28,432 nt of DNA from Hyphomicrobium sp. (GTDB taxonomy: Bacteria; Pseudomonadota; Alphaproteobacteria; Rhizobiales; Hyphomicrobiaceae). Made by a program: the position numbers and the translations under genes. The stretch lies in NCBI GenBank assembly GCA_031409575.1, contig JANNXL010000345.1, forward strand, positions 1 to 28,432. The letters are read 5' to 3'. The notes under the pieces are model-generated. The model had not been told where the DNA came from. It saw only the letters and a program-made list of their open reading frames with translations, and made no database searches. Shown here piece by piece: positions 18,959 to 27,664 of this stretch (the stretch's first letter is position 1; each line of letters opens with the position of its first letter).

Positions 18959-21286
18959 TCAGGCGGCAGGCAGGTGTTGCGGCCGTGCGGCCCACTTGTG
19001 TAGCAGCGCTGACAAGTCAGCTCCGTCAAAGGGCTTGGCCAGATAGTCATCCATGCCGTTTTCAAGGCAGTGCGCACGATCTTCCGGGAAGGCATTGGCG
19101 GTGATGGCGACAACGGGCGGGCAAAGCAGATGAGGATGCTTGGCAAACATCTGACGGATCGTAAGAGTGGCGCTGATGCCGTCGAGCACCGGCATCTGCA
19201 TGTCCATGAAGATGATGGCGAAGCCCGGCTGGTCTCCATTGATGGTCCGGCGGATTGCGGACACCGCTTCAAGGCCGTCGTTTGCCGTGACCACGACGCA
19301 GCCGGACTTCTCAAGGATGCGCACAGCGAGTAGCCGGTTGACGGCGTTGTCTTCGGCGAGCAGCACGCGGTGCCCGCCGCTTAAGCGACGCTCGACTTCA
19401 GATTGCGGGGTGCCGGGAATACTGAGGCCGGGAGTTGCATCTTCCGATAGTTGTGCAATCAGCGCCTGGGTGCGGACCGGGCGCACGAGATAACCAGTAA
19501 AGCCTTCGCTCCGGAAAGACTCCAATCCTGCGCGTGCTAAGGGGCTGATGAGAACGATCCCTTTGGCCCGGGCGTGTGGCGCATGTTCGCGCACGCGCGA
19601 CAAGAGCAGCCCGGCGACAGCCGGCTCTCCTTCACCTTCTACCACCAAACGCGTGACTGGCGTTCCGTTGGCGCTCGCACTGGCAATCGCTTGCGGGGCA
19701 TCACTGGCCGACGAGACCACAAAAGTAATGCCAGCCTCTTGCAGGTGCGTTGACAACGCTTGGCGTTCAAGCGTCCTGTCGCATGCCAGCAAGACAACCG
19801 GCCTATGCTCCAGCGGAACCCGTGCGGTATCGCGCGGATCATTGCCGGCGTCACGCGCGGCTTCGAGTTCAAGCGCCAACGTAAAGGCCGAACCCGCGCC
19901 CACAGCGCTGGCAACGCGAATGCCGCCTTGCATGGCACGCGCCAGCTGCATCGATATGGCGAGCCCCAACCCAGTGCCGCCGCGCTGCCGCTTGATGGCA
20001 GCGTCGGACTGCTCGAACTCGGCGAAAATGTTGGCAAGGTCGGATTCAGAAAGGCCGATGCCGGTGTCTTGAACGGTGATTTCAAGTGCTGTGTGCGCTG
20101 GGCGCAATGAAGGCGTTGCGGCCCTTGCGACGGTTACACTCACACCGCCACGGTCTGTAAACTTCACGGCGTTGGAAATGAGATTGAGCAGAATTTGGCG
20201 CACCCGCGCTTCGTCTCCCATGAAGCAGTTGGGCCCGGCGGGCTTAATGGTCCACGCGATCTCTAGGCCTTTTTCTTCGGCCAGCGGTGCCATCAATTCA
20301 ACAGCACCCTGCACGGTCTCCTCTAGACTGAACGCCGCGTGGGCAAGTACCATCTTCCCGGCCTCGATCTTCGAGAAATCGAGGATCTCGTTGATCAGCA
20401 GCAGTAGATTGCGGGCCGATTGATCGATGGCGTGCACATAAGTGTCCTGGTCCGACGCAAGCGGCGTATCACGCAGCAGCCCGGCCATACCGAGAATGCC
20501 GTTCATGGGCGTGCGGATTTCGTGGCTCATGGCGGCCAGAAAGCGCGACTTGGCGCGGTTAGCCGCCTCGGCCTGATCCCTGGCGTCTTTCAGCACGGTG
20601 TCGGCCAAGCGGTCCGCTGTCACGTCGCGTCCAGAAATCTGCGTCTCGGCAACGGTGCCCCGCACCGCCACGGGCGATGTTTCCCAGCAGATCCAGCGGG
20701 GCCCCATTGCCGTTTCGACGTGCTCGAAGGTGCGGCTGGCGCTCTGCGCTTTAGTGGGCGCGGCACCTAAGAAGTCGCTTTCAAAGGCATGAGGGCGGAA
20801 AGGGGTTCCCAAAACAGCGGATGCCTGGACGCCAAACGCATCACAAAACGCCTTGTTGACGAATGTCAGCCTCCCTTCCGCGTCACGCCGCAAAATCATG
20901 CCGTCTTGGGCGTCGAGCAAATCACGCAGGCGCGCTTCGTCTTCACGCAATCCCCATTGCACGTCTTGCAGATCTTCGATCTTGCGTTCGAGGCGTTCGC
21001 CGAAGATCGACGCAGTTGCGGGCGCAGGCCTGTGTGGCTGCAATGGTGCTTTGGTGTTTGCGAGCGTGGCCGCCAAAACCGCGAGCACTGCGGCACAGAT
21101 CACCAGCACGTGTGCTGCCGAAAAGCGGGCCGGCATCAGCCAGAGCGCGAGCGCAAGACACAACACCGCGATGCCCGCCGCAGCCAGCGGGACGTGGCGC
21201 GCCCTGTCGACGCGAAATTGGTCCGGTACGCGCGGGCCCGCATTAGGGCCCGGTCCATTACCAGACGAAGGCTGACGTACAGTCAC
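18959..21286 (-). CDS. Hybrid sensor histidine kinase/response regulator (TM hairpin - PAS - HisKA - HATPase - pseudo-receiver - receiver)
   Basis: H-box [14 protein letters not shown]-box [14 protein letters not shown]1 DTGIG, G2 GGTGLGL, and terminal receiver VLLAEDN…FMDMQMP…LAKP. GTG 21286 is chosen as start because GAGGA lies 7 nt upstream (the ORF track starts at TTG 21316). Confidence 0.93.
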   Translation of the reverse strand: MTVRQPSSGNGPGPNAGPRVPDQFRVDRARHVPLAAAGIAVLCLALALWLMPARFSAAHVLVICAAVLAVLAATLANTKAPLQPHRPAPATASIFGERLERKIEDLQDVQWGLREDEARLRDLLDAQDGMILRRDAEGRLTFVNKAFCDAFGVQASAVLGTPFRPHAFESDFLGAAPTKAQSASRTFEHVETAMGPRWICWETSPVAVRGTVAETQISGRDVTADRLADTVLKDARDQAEAANRAKSRFLAAMSHEIRTPMNGILGMAGLLRDTPLASDQDTYVHAIDQSARNLLLLINEILDFSKIEAGKMVLAHAAFSLEETVQGAVELMAPLAEEKGLEIAWTIKPAGPNCFMGDEARVRQILLNLISNAVKFTDRGGVSVTVARAATPSLRPAHTALEITVQDTGIGLSESDLANIFAEFEQSDAAIKRQRGGTGLGLAISMQLARAMQGGIRVASAVGAGSAFTLALELEAARDAGNDPRDTARVPLEHRPVVLLACDRTLERQALSTHLQEAGITFVVSSASDAPQAIASASANGTPVTRLVVEGEGEPAVAGLLLSRVREHAPHARAKGIVLISPLARAGLESFRSEGFTGYLVRPVRTQALIAQLSEDATPGLSIPGTPQSEVERRLSGGHRVLLAEDNAVNRLLAVRILEKSGCVVVTANDGLEAVSAIRRTINGDQPGFAIIFMDMQMPVLDGISATLTIRQMFAKHPHLLCPPVVAITANAFPEDRAHCLENGMDDYLAKPFDGADLSALLHKWAARPQHLPAA

Positions 21287-21378
21287 GCAAAGGTCCTCAT
21301 GTGCCAAGTCGCACAAGAGTACCGAAACACGCCGGGTTTTTACAAATTCTCAAGCGGTATGCTTAGCGAAAAATGAAT

Positions 21379-21393
21379 TCAAATATTCGTTAA
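21379..21393 (-). promoter_or_regulatory. CtrA-like box upstream of the hybrid kinase
   Basis: The minus strand reads TTAA-cgaatat-TTGA, one mismatch from TTAA-N7-TTAA. It lies in an AT-rich intergenic patch ~95 nt upstream of the inferred start, with GCTAA 11 nt downstream. Confidence 0.4.
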
Positions 21394-21508
21394 ATTACAG
21401 CCGGTTGCCGCAACTGCTTTTGCGCCCAGCAAGGGTTCAATTGTGGCGGAAGTAAATACGATCGCCCCGCTGGCACACGACTGGCGCCGTTGCCGGTTCA
21501 AAGCGGCA

Positions 21509-22363
21509 TCAGGCGCTGTTTTCAAGGGGTTTCGCGAGTGCAAACGGGCGGTCGTGCAGGAGTGAGGGCACGCGCTGGCGGATGTCGTCTTGGGCTTGGA
21601 GATCAATGCGGGCACTCATCACGCAGGGTTCGGTTCCGGCTTCCGCAAGAATCTCGCCCCAAGGCGAAGCGATCAGGCTGTGGCCATATGTTTCGCGGCC
21701 GTGCTCATGGAGGCCGCCCTGAGCGGCGGCAAACACATAGCACTGCGTTTCAATGGCGCGCGCCCGGATCAGCGTGTGCCAGTGGGCTTCGCCGGTGGTT
21801 TTTGTAAATGCGGCTGGGATTGCGATGAAGCGCGCGCCGCCTTGCGCCAGCGTCCGGTGTAGCTGGGGGAAGCGCAAGTCGTAGCAGATCGTTAAGCCCA
21901 GCCCACCCCACGGCAGCGCCGCGATCACAGCATCGTTGCCCGCTTCATAGTTGGCGCTTTCGCGATAGGTTTCCCCGCCCGGCAGATCGACATCGAACAT
22001 ATGGATCTTGTCGTAGCGCGCCGTGATTTCGCCGGCCGGTGAAATCACAAATGCGCGATTTGCGAGCCGTCCGTCGCGCAACAGGATTCCCATGGATCCG
22101 ATGTGCAGCCAAACCGAAAGTTCGCGCGCGAGCTCACAGAAAGCGATGAGCGCGGTGTTGCCACCTTCAGGTTGTGTGTTGGCAAACAGACGCTCCCGGT
22201 CCAGTTCCATCAGCGTGGTGACTTCAGGTGTCTGGATATAGTCAGCACCACCTAAGGCGGCTTGCCGGATCAACAGGCACGCATCCTGTATGTTGCGTGC
22301 GATGTCACGGCCCGAACACATCTGCACCAGGGCGGCAGTGAATGATACCGGCGATGAAGTCAT
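21509..22363 (-). CDS. Carbon-nitrogen hydrolase (Nit1-like, deaminated-glutathione amidase family)
   Basis: TPEV (Glu), YDKIHMFDV (Lys), ICYDLRFP (Cys), RARAIETQCY, TYGHS. ATG 22363 overlaps the grxC stop (ATGA), suggesting translational coupling. Confidence 0.92.
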   Translation of the reverse strand: MTSSPVSFTAALVQMCSGRDIARNIQDACLLIRQAALGGADYIQTPEVTTLMELDRERLFANTQPEGGNTALIAFCELARELSVWLHIGSMGILLRDGRLANRAFVISPAGEITARYDKIHMFDVDLPGGETYRESANYEAGNDAVIAALPWGGLGLTICYDLRFPQLHRTLAQGGARFIAIPAAFTKTTGEAHWHTLIRARAIETQCYVFAAAQGGLHEHGRETYGHSLIASPWGEILAEAGTEPCVMSARIDLQAQDDIRQRVPSLLHDRPFALAKPLENSA

Positions 22364-22620
22364 CCCGCACGCAACAGAAAATCGAGTTTTCCGTCGCGGT
22401 CTAGGCAATGCAAATCATCGCAGCCGCCAATGTGGGCTTCACCGATAAAGATTTGTGGAACCGTGTTGCGTCCGCCGGCCTTGGTACGCAATTCGTCTCG
22501 CCCGCGTGGCTGACCGGTTAAATCGACCTCTTCAAAAGCAACACCCTTCGCGCGCAGTAATTCTTTGGCGCGGTGGCAGTAGGGGCAGTGGCCCGCAGTA
22601 TAGATTTTAACCTGAGACAT
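22360..22620 (-). CDS. grxC: Glutaredoxin 3
   Basis: 86 aa with CPYC active site, TVPQIFI and GGCDDL. Confidence 0.95.
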   Translation of the reverse strand: MSQVKIYTAGHCPYCHRAKELLRAKGVAFEEVDLTGQPRGRDELRTKAGGRNTVPQIFIGEAHIGGCDDLHCLDRDGKLDFLLRAG

Positions 22621-22659
22621 TCAGCCGGGATCCTTGGTTTTGCGGATTCGACCCCTTGA

Positions 22660-22687
22660 ATTTAGGCCTTTGCGGGCGCGAGGCAAG
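22660..22687 (-). promoter_or_regulatory. Candidate RpoH (sigma-32)-type promoter for grxC-nitrilase
   Basis: The minus strand reads CTTGCC-N15-CCTAAAT, similar to the alphaproteobacterial RpoH consensus (CTTGAA-N15/16-CCTATAT as I recall it). It ends 40 nt upstream of the grxC ATG. Confidence 0.45.
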
Positions 22688-22721
22688 GCACTGACTTGCC
22701 GCAATCCCTGCATTTTTTGGA

Positions 22722-23543
22722 TTAATTGGGCGTCACGCCCACATCTGTGACCAAGGCAAGGGCCAGAACGTCGACACGGGCCGCTCCGGCGCGCTTGAGT
22801 GCCGTGGCGCATGCGCCAACGGTTGCGCCGGTTGTGATTACGTCGTCGATCAGCACGACGTTTCGACCACTCATCGAGGCTTTCCAGGTGTTTGCAACGG
22901 CAAAAGCGCCGCTGACATTCTTGTGGCGCTCCAATCGCGTCAGACCCACTTGCGGTCGAGTTTTGCGTGTGCGGAGCAGAGCTTGTGGCGCAAATTTCAG
23001 CTTTTCCGTTCGAGCAACGTCTTGCGCCAGCAGCGCTGCCTGATTGAAGCTGCGCTGAATAAGCCGCCAGCGGCCAAGGGGTACGGGCACGACAATATCC
23101 GCATCCGGCAGCACGTCGCGCCCGGCTTCCAGCAGCCAGCGTCCAAGCAATTGGCGCAGATCGTGCCTGTCCCGGAATTTGAAGTCGTGGATCAGGTCGC
23201 GCATGAGGCCATCGTAACTTGCCACCGCCCGGGCGCGATCATAAGCAGGTGCCGCCGCACTCGCCGCTGCCGAGATCATGGTGCCACCGGTGTCGTAGGG
23301 CAATGGCAGGCCAAGGCGGTCGCAAATCGGCGGCCGGATGAATGTGATGCGGCTCCAGCAACGGGAGCACAGCGCATCAAGGCCTCCTAAATGCGTCTGG
23401 CAGCCGAGGCACACCGGCGGCATGATGAGATCTAAGAGGCGCGCAATGCCTGAAGCAGCGCGGGCGCTGGCCGGAGCAGCCAACCGGAAACTTTCATGGC
23501 GGATGACTTCGCCGGTCAAGGGATCTGTGTCGCGTGAAGTCAT
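22722..23543 (-). CDS. comF: ComF family protein (zinc-ribbon + phosphoribosyltransferase domain)
   Basis: PPVCLGC…LCSRCW…ICDRLG zinc ribbon, RSFNQAALLA, and the PRTase motif VVLIDDVITTGATV. Confidence 0.92.
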   Translation of the reverse strand: MTSRDTDPLTGEVIRHESFRLAAPASARAASGIARLLDLIMPPVCLGCQTHLGGLDALCSRCWSRITFIRPPICDRLGLPLPYDTGGTMISAAASAAAPAYDRARAVASYDGLMRDLIHDFKFRDRHDLRQLLGRWLLEAGRDVLPDADIVVPVPLGRWRLIQRSFNQAALLAQDVARTEKLKFAPQALLRTRKTRPQVGLTRLERHKNVSGAFAVANTWKASMSGRNVVLIDDVITTGATVGACATALKRAGAARVDVLALALVTDVGVTPN

Positions 23544-23616
23544 GGCGGGACCCTAGAACAGGATGAGCCGTAAGGGCCAGAGCTGACTTTTCAGCCAGAG
23601 CCCGGTATGGGACTGA

Positions 23617-24522
23617 ATGAACGGAATACTGCCAAGTGTGCTGCCCAAGATTTTCGATCGCGCGCTGCTGGAGCGTCGCAGAACGCGCGCGGCCAAAACA
23701 GCCTCTGCGCACGATTTTCTGTTGGCGCGCATTGGAGAGGATTTCGTCGAGCGGCTGTCGGTGGTGCAGCGGTCGTTTCCCGTTATTGCCGATATCGGCG
23801 CGCATCACGGAGGCCTTGGCCGGGCGCTTCACCAAACGGCAGGCCTCGAGCGGCTCATCTCGCTGGAAAACACTCCGGAACTCTTACAGCAGTGTGCAGG
23901 CGAACGTGTGCTGGGTCATGCCGAGGCACTCCCTTTCGCGGACGCCTCGCTGGAATTAGCGGTGTCGGCGCTGTCGTTGCATTTGGTGAATGATCTGCCC
24001 GGTGCTCTGGTCCAGATCCGCCGTGCTTTGAAACCGGATGGCCTGTTGATGGTGAGCCTGCTTGGCGGAACGACGCTGCATGAGTTGCGCACCGCTTGGC
24101 TTGCCGCCGAAGAGGAGTTAACCGGTGGCGCCTCGCCGCGCGTTGCGCCCTTTGCTGACGTGCGCGATCTCGGCGGACTTTTGCAGCGGGCCGGCTTCGC
24201 CCTGCCAGTCGTTGATAGCGATACTCTTACCGCAACATATGCGTCACCTCTTGCAGTCATGCGGGAGATCAAGGCGATGGGGGCGAGCAATATGCTGCAC
24301 GAACGCAGCCGCCGCCCAGTCTCGCGCCGGCTGCTTGTGCGCGCGGGAGAAATTTATTCCCACCGGTTCGCACTGCCGAATGGCCGTGTGCCTGCAACTT
24401 TTGAAATCATCACGCTCACTGCTTGGGTGCCGCATGAAAGCCAGCCCAAACCCTTGAGGCCAGGCAGCGCGACAGCCCGGCTGGCCGATGCGCTCGGTGT
24501 CCCCGAAGGCAAACTCAAGTGA
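23617..24522 (+). CDS. SAM-dependent methyltransferase (NDUFAF5/BioC-like)
   Basis: IFDRALLERRRTRA, ADIGAHHG motif I, LHLVNDLPGAL, RVAPFADVRDLGGLLQRAGFALPVVD, VPATFEII. It is divergent from comF, a common alphaproteobacterial arrangement. Confidence 0.9.
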   Translation: MNGILPSVLPKIFDRALLERRRTRAAKTASAHDFLLARIGEDFVERLSVVQRSFPVIADIGAHHGGLGRALHQTAGLERLISLENTPELLQQCAGERVLGHAEALPFADASLELAVSALSLHLVNDLPGALVQIRRALKPDGLLMVSLLGGTTLHELRTAWLAAEEELTGGASPRVAPFADVRDLGGLLQRAGFALPVVDSDTLTATYASPLAVMREIKAMGASNMLHERSRRPVSRRLLVRAGEIYSHRFALPNGRVPATFEIITLTAWVPHESQPKPLRPGSATARLADALGVPEGKLK

Positions 24523-24610
24523 AGTGCTTTTCACGCGGTGCCAAACGTCTATGGTGCAAGGCGTGACGGCGGGCAACGCCGCGAAACGTTCGGGGCCGGG
24601 GGCGCTGCCA

Positions 24611-24931
24611 ATGTCTTTGCAAAACGATGCGCGGATCGATGCGATACGCAACGATCCAGACTTTGACGAGCTGGTGAACAAGCGCTCGCGCTTTGCCCGG
24701 TGGCTGTCAGCCGTGATGCTGCTCATTTATTTCGGGTTCATTCTGCTGGTCGCCTTCGGAAGAAGCATCCTGGCACAGCCTTTGGCGGGCGGTGTCACGA
24801 CACTGGGCATCCCCATCGGCGTGGGCGTGATCGTGTCGGCGTTCCTGCTCACTGGCATATATGTACGCCGCGCCAACACCACGTTTGATGCCTTGACCGC
24901 GCGCATCGCAGAGCGGGCGGCGCGATCATGA
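24611..24931 (+). CDS. DUF485 (YjcH-like) small membrane protein
   Basis: [17 protein letters not shown], two TM segments, and [12 protein letters not shown]. The stop overlaps the actP start (ATGA). Start set at ATG 24611. Confidence 0.88.
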   Translation: MSLQNDARIDAIRNDPDFDELVNKRSRFARWLSAVMLLIYFGFILLVAFGRSILAQPLAGGVTTLGIPIGVGVIVSAFLLTGIYVRRANTTFDALTARIAERAARS

Positions 24932-26619
24932 TGAGGTGTTTGAGGCGTTGTGTTACGGCAGTAGCACTTTGTGCAACGGCATGCCCCGCGTGGGCCGTTG
25001 GCGCTGTCGAAGGCGGCAGCAAGCAGGCGATGAATACCGAAGCCATTGGCATGTTTCTGGTGTTCGTGCTTGCTACGCTCGGGATTACGAAATGGGCGGC
25101 CAGCCGTACCAAATCTGCAAGCGACTTTTACGCGGCGGGGGGCGGTATCACCGGCCTGCAAAATGGGCTGGCCATTGCGGGCGACTATATGTCGGCCGCC
25201 TCATTTTTAGGTATTTCGGCCCTTGTGTTTTCGTCCGGGTTCGATGGCCTGATCTACTCGGTCGGCTGGCTTGTTGGCTGGCCGATTGTCATGTTCTTGA
25301 TCGCCGAACGGTTGCGCAATCTAGGTAAATACACATTTGCCGACGTGGCCGCGTTTCGCCTCCAAGCAGCTCCACTTCGCATTCTATCGGCCGTTGGAAC
25401 ACTGACAGTGGTAGCGGTTTATCTCATCGCGCAAATGGTTGGCGCTGGAAAACTGATTGAGCTTCTGTTTGGCCTCGACTATCTCACCGCCGTGGCACTC
25501 GTTGGTGTCTTGATGATTACCTACGTGGCCTTCGGGGGGATGGTAGCAACGACGTGGGTCCAGATTGTCAAAGCCTGCATGCTGCTCGGCGGCGCGAGTT
25601 TCATGGCCTTCATGGTGATGCTGCAGTTCAGCTTTTCACCGGAAGCAATGTTTGCAGCTGCCGTGAACACGCATCCAGCAGGTGTCTCAATCATGGGACC
25701 AGGCAAGCTGGTCTCTGATCCTGTTTCGGCGATATCGCTTGGTATTGCGCTCATGTTCGGAACCGCTGGCTTGCCGCACATTCTGATGCGCTTTTTCACG
25801 GTGAAGGACGCCAAAGCCGCTCGCAAGAGTGTGCTCTACGCAACCGGGTTCATCGGATACTTCTACATCCTGACGTTTATCATTGGCTTTGGCGCGATTA
25901 CATTTCTGATGAACGATTCCTCGTTCTTCCAAGTTGCAGCCGACGGCACGTACGACAAAGTCGGCGGATTGCTCGGCGGCACGAATATGGCCGCAATTCA
26001 CCTCGCCAATGCTATTGGCGGGTCGCTGTTTCTCGGATTCATCTCTGCGGTTGCTTTTGCGACGATTCTTGCCGTCGTCGCTGGCTTGACATTGGCCGGT
26101 GCCACCGCGATCAGCCACGATCTCTATGCCAGCGTCTTTGCCAAAGGGCGCTCAACGGAGGCCCGTGAAGTGGCGCTGTCGAAGGCCTCGGCGGTGGTTA
26201 TCGGCCTTGTAGCAGTCGTGCTTGGCTACATCTTCGAAAAACAAAACGTGGCCTTCATGGTGGGGCTCGCGTTCGCTGTGGCGGCAAGCTGCAATTTCCC
26301 CGTGCTGGTCATGAGCATGTTGTGGAGCGGCACGACCACGCGGGGGGCGGTGACAGGAGGTTGGCTCGGGCTGATCTCGGCTGTGGTGATGATGGTGCTA
26401 GGCCCGGCCGTATGGGTCAAAACCCTCGGAAACGAAAGCGCGATATTCCCCTACGACAACCCGGCACTGTTTTCGATGACGCTGGCGTTTGCTGGCATCT
26501 GGATCGTCTCGACGTTTGATCGTAGCCCGCAGGGCGATGCCGAACGTGCGGCGTTCGCAGCGCAATTCGTGCGCTCGGAGACCGGCATCGGCGCGGAGGT
26601 CTCCGCGTCGGCGCACTAG
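24928..26619 (+). CDS. actP: Cation/acetate symporter ActP (solute:sodium symporter family)
   Basis: [68 protein letters not shown]. Follows DUF485. Confidence 0.94.
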   Translation: MMRCLRRCVTAVALCATACPAWAVGAVEGGSKQAMNTEAIGMFLVFVLATLGITKWAASRTKSASDFYAAGGGITGLQNGLAIAGDYMSAASFLGISALVFSSGFDGLIYSVGWLVGWPIVMFLIAERLRNLGKYTFADVAAFRLQAAPLRILSAVGTLTVVAVYLIAQMVGAGKLIELLFGLDYLTAVALVGVLMITYVAFGGMVATTWVQIVKACMLLGGASFMAFMVMLQFSFSPEAMFAAAVNTHPAGVSIMGPGKLVSDPVSAISLGIALMFGTAGLPHILMRFFTVKDAKAARKSVLYATGFIGYFYILTFIIGFGAITFLMNDSSFFQVAADGTYDKVGGLLGGTNMAAIHLANAIGGSLFLGFISAVAFATILAVVAGLTLAGATAISHDLYASVFAKGRSTEAREVALSKASAVVIGLVAVVLGYIFEKQNVAFMVGLAFAVAASCNFPVLVMSMLWSGTTTRGAVTGGWLGLISAVVMMVLGPAVWVKTLGNESAIFPYDNPALFSMTLAFAGIWIVSTFDRSPQGDAERAAFAAQFVRSETGIGAEVSASAH

Positions 26620-26635
26620 CTTCGCCTGATGAGCA

Positions 26636-27364
26636 TCAGCGCTTTGCAGCTTTTGAGGCAGGCTTGCTTTTGGCAGCGGCCGCTGGCTGGGCAATCTCAT
26701 GATCGTGTTCGTGTGCGCCACCGCAGCAGCTACCATCGGCAGCGTGCGCGTGATCGTGATGATCGTGACGGTGATCGTGCCCGTGCCCATGATGCCCGCC
26801 ACAGCAATTTCCATCGTGATCGTGCGTATGTTGATCGGGGTCATTGAGTGCTGCAGCGAGCCGCCGTTCGAGAGCGGCCGACTGTTCACGCGGGGCATCG
26901 CGTGTTTCTATGACCAGCGCCATCACTTCGGCACCGAGCCGCAGATCGTCGACCTGCCCCAAGTAGTGGCGGCGCAGGCGGCCCTGGCGGTCGAAAATCA
27001 AAATGGTTGGAGTGCCTTGGATTTCGTAGATTTCCATGGTTTTTGGCATTTCAGCGCCGTTCGGCTTGTCCTTGGCGATGGGGAAAGCGTAGCCCTTTTC
27101 CCGAATAAAGGTCTCAAGCGCGCCGGCCGCCTGTTTGTCATGCTCTTCAAACGCAGTGTTGAGCCCGATCACAGCCACTTCATCGGCGTTGAAGGCGTCA
27201 GCCAACCGTGCCGCCTGCGGCAGACCCTGTTTGAGGGAGCCGGGGCAGTGCATTTGAAAGGCCGCGACCACAATCACTTTGCCTTTCAATCCGGCAAGAG
27301 TGAGCGGAGTATCCGTGTTGAACCAGCGCTGGACGGCAAATTCAGGCGGCGACTCGGGGTTCAT
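26636..27364 (-). CDS. Redoxin/TlpA-like thioredoxin-fold protein (CxxS) with a His/Cys-rich C-terminal tail
   Basis: WFNTDTPLTLAGLKGKVIVVAAFQMHCPGS, VAVIGL, GTPTILIFDRQG, followed by 16 His and 2 CCGG motifs in 44 aa. AGGAA lies 8 nt upstream of ATG 27364. Confidence 0.85.
   Translation of the reverse strand: MNPESPPEFAVQRWFNTDTPLTLAGLKGKVIVVAAFQMHCPGSLKQGLPQAARLADAFNADEVAVIGLNTAFEEHDKQAAGALETFIREKGYAFPIAKDKPNGAEMPKTMEIYEIQGTPTILIFDRQGRLRRHYLGQVDDLRLGAEVMALVIETRDAPREQSAALERRLAAALNDPDQHTHDHDGNCCGGHHGHGHDHRHDHHDHAHAADGSCCGGAHEHDHEIAQPAAAAKSKPASKAAKR
26699..26830 (-). repeat. Low-complexity His-Asp/His-Gly coding repeat (CACGAT-like hexamers) with two Cys-Cys-Gly-Gly units
   Basis: The plus strand shows repeated GATCGT/GATGAT/CCCGTG units. 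CCGG codons are at 26795-26806 and 26717-26728. Confidence 0.85.
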
Positions 27365-27435
27365 GAGGGTGTTTCCTGGCCGTGAGAAAAGACTTTGGTG
27401 CACTATATACCGATCCAGACTGCTGCGTCATCGCC

Positions 27436-27452
27436 TTGCCTGCCGCAGGCAA
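27436..27452. promoter_or_regulatory. 17-bp palindrome (candidate transcription-factor operator) in the redoxin/fasciclin divergent region
   Basis: TTGCCTGC-C-GCAGGCAA, a perfect 8-bp inverted repeat with a 1-nt spacer. Confidence 0.45.
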
Positions 27453-27664
27453 ACAGCAACACGACGAGCCTGGAAGTTAGAAAAGTAGACGGCTCGTTGC
27501 ATTTTCAGGATTGCGGTTCCCAGCGAATACTGAGACCATTTTTGAACACGGCTTCGATAACGCGCAGCCCGATCGCTCCATGTGCCTCTCAGTTAGCCTC
27601 GTCTCGTGCCACCGAACGCCGCATTAAACATTATCGCTCGGTCTGATCTTGGGGAGAGACGGCT

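Noticed and set aside
21472-21486. TGGCACG-N4-GCGC sigma-54-like element on the plus strand
   Set aside because: It lacks the TTGC -12 element and points antisense into the nitrilase gene with no downstream ORF.
21509-24522. comF-grxC-nitrilase with divergent methyltransferase as a novel system
   Set aside because: This is a widely conserved alphaproteobacterial housekeeping cluster, and ComF alone is not evidence of a competence locus.
24611-26619. DUF485-actP without adjacent acs
   Set aside because: The DUF485-actP pair commonly occurs apart from acetyl-CoA synthetase outside enterobacteria, so it is not unusual.
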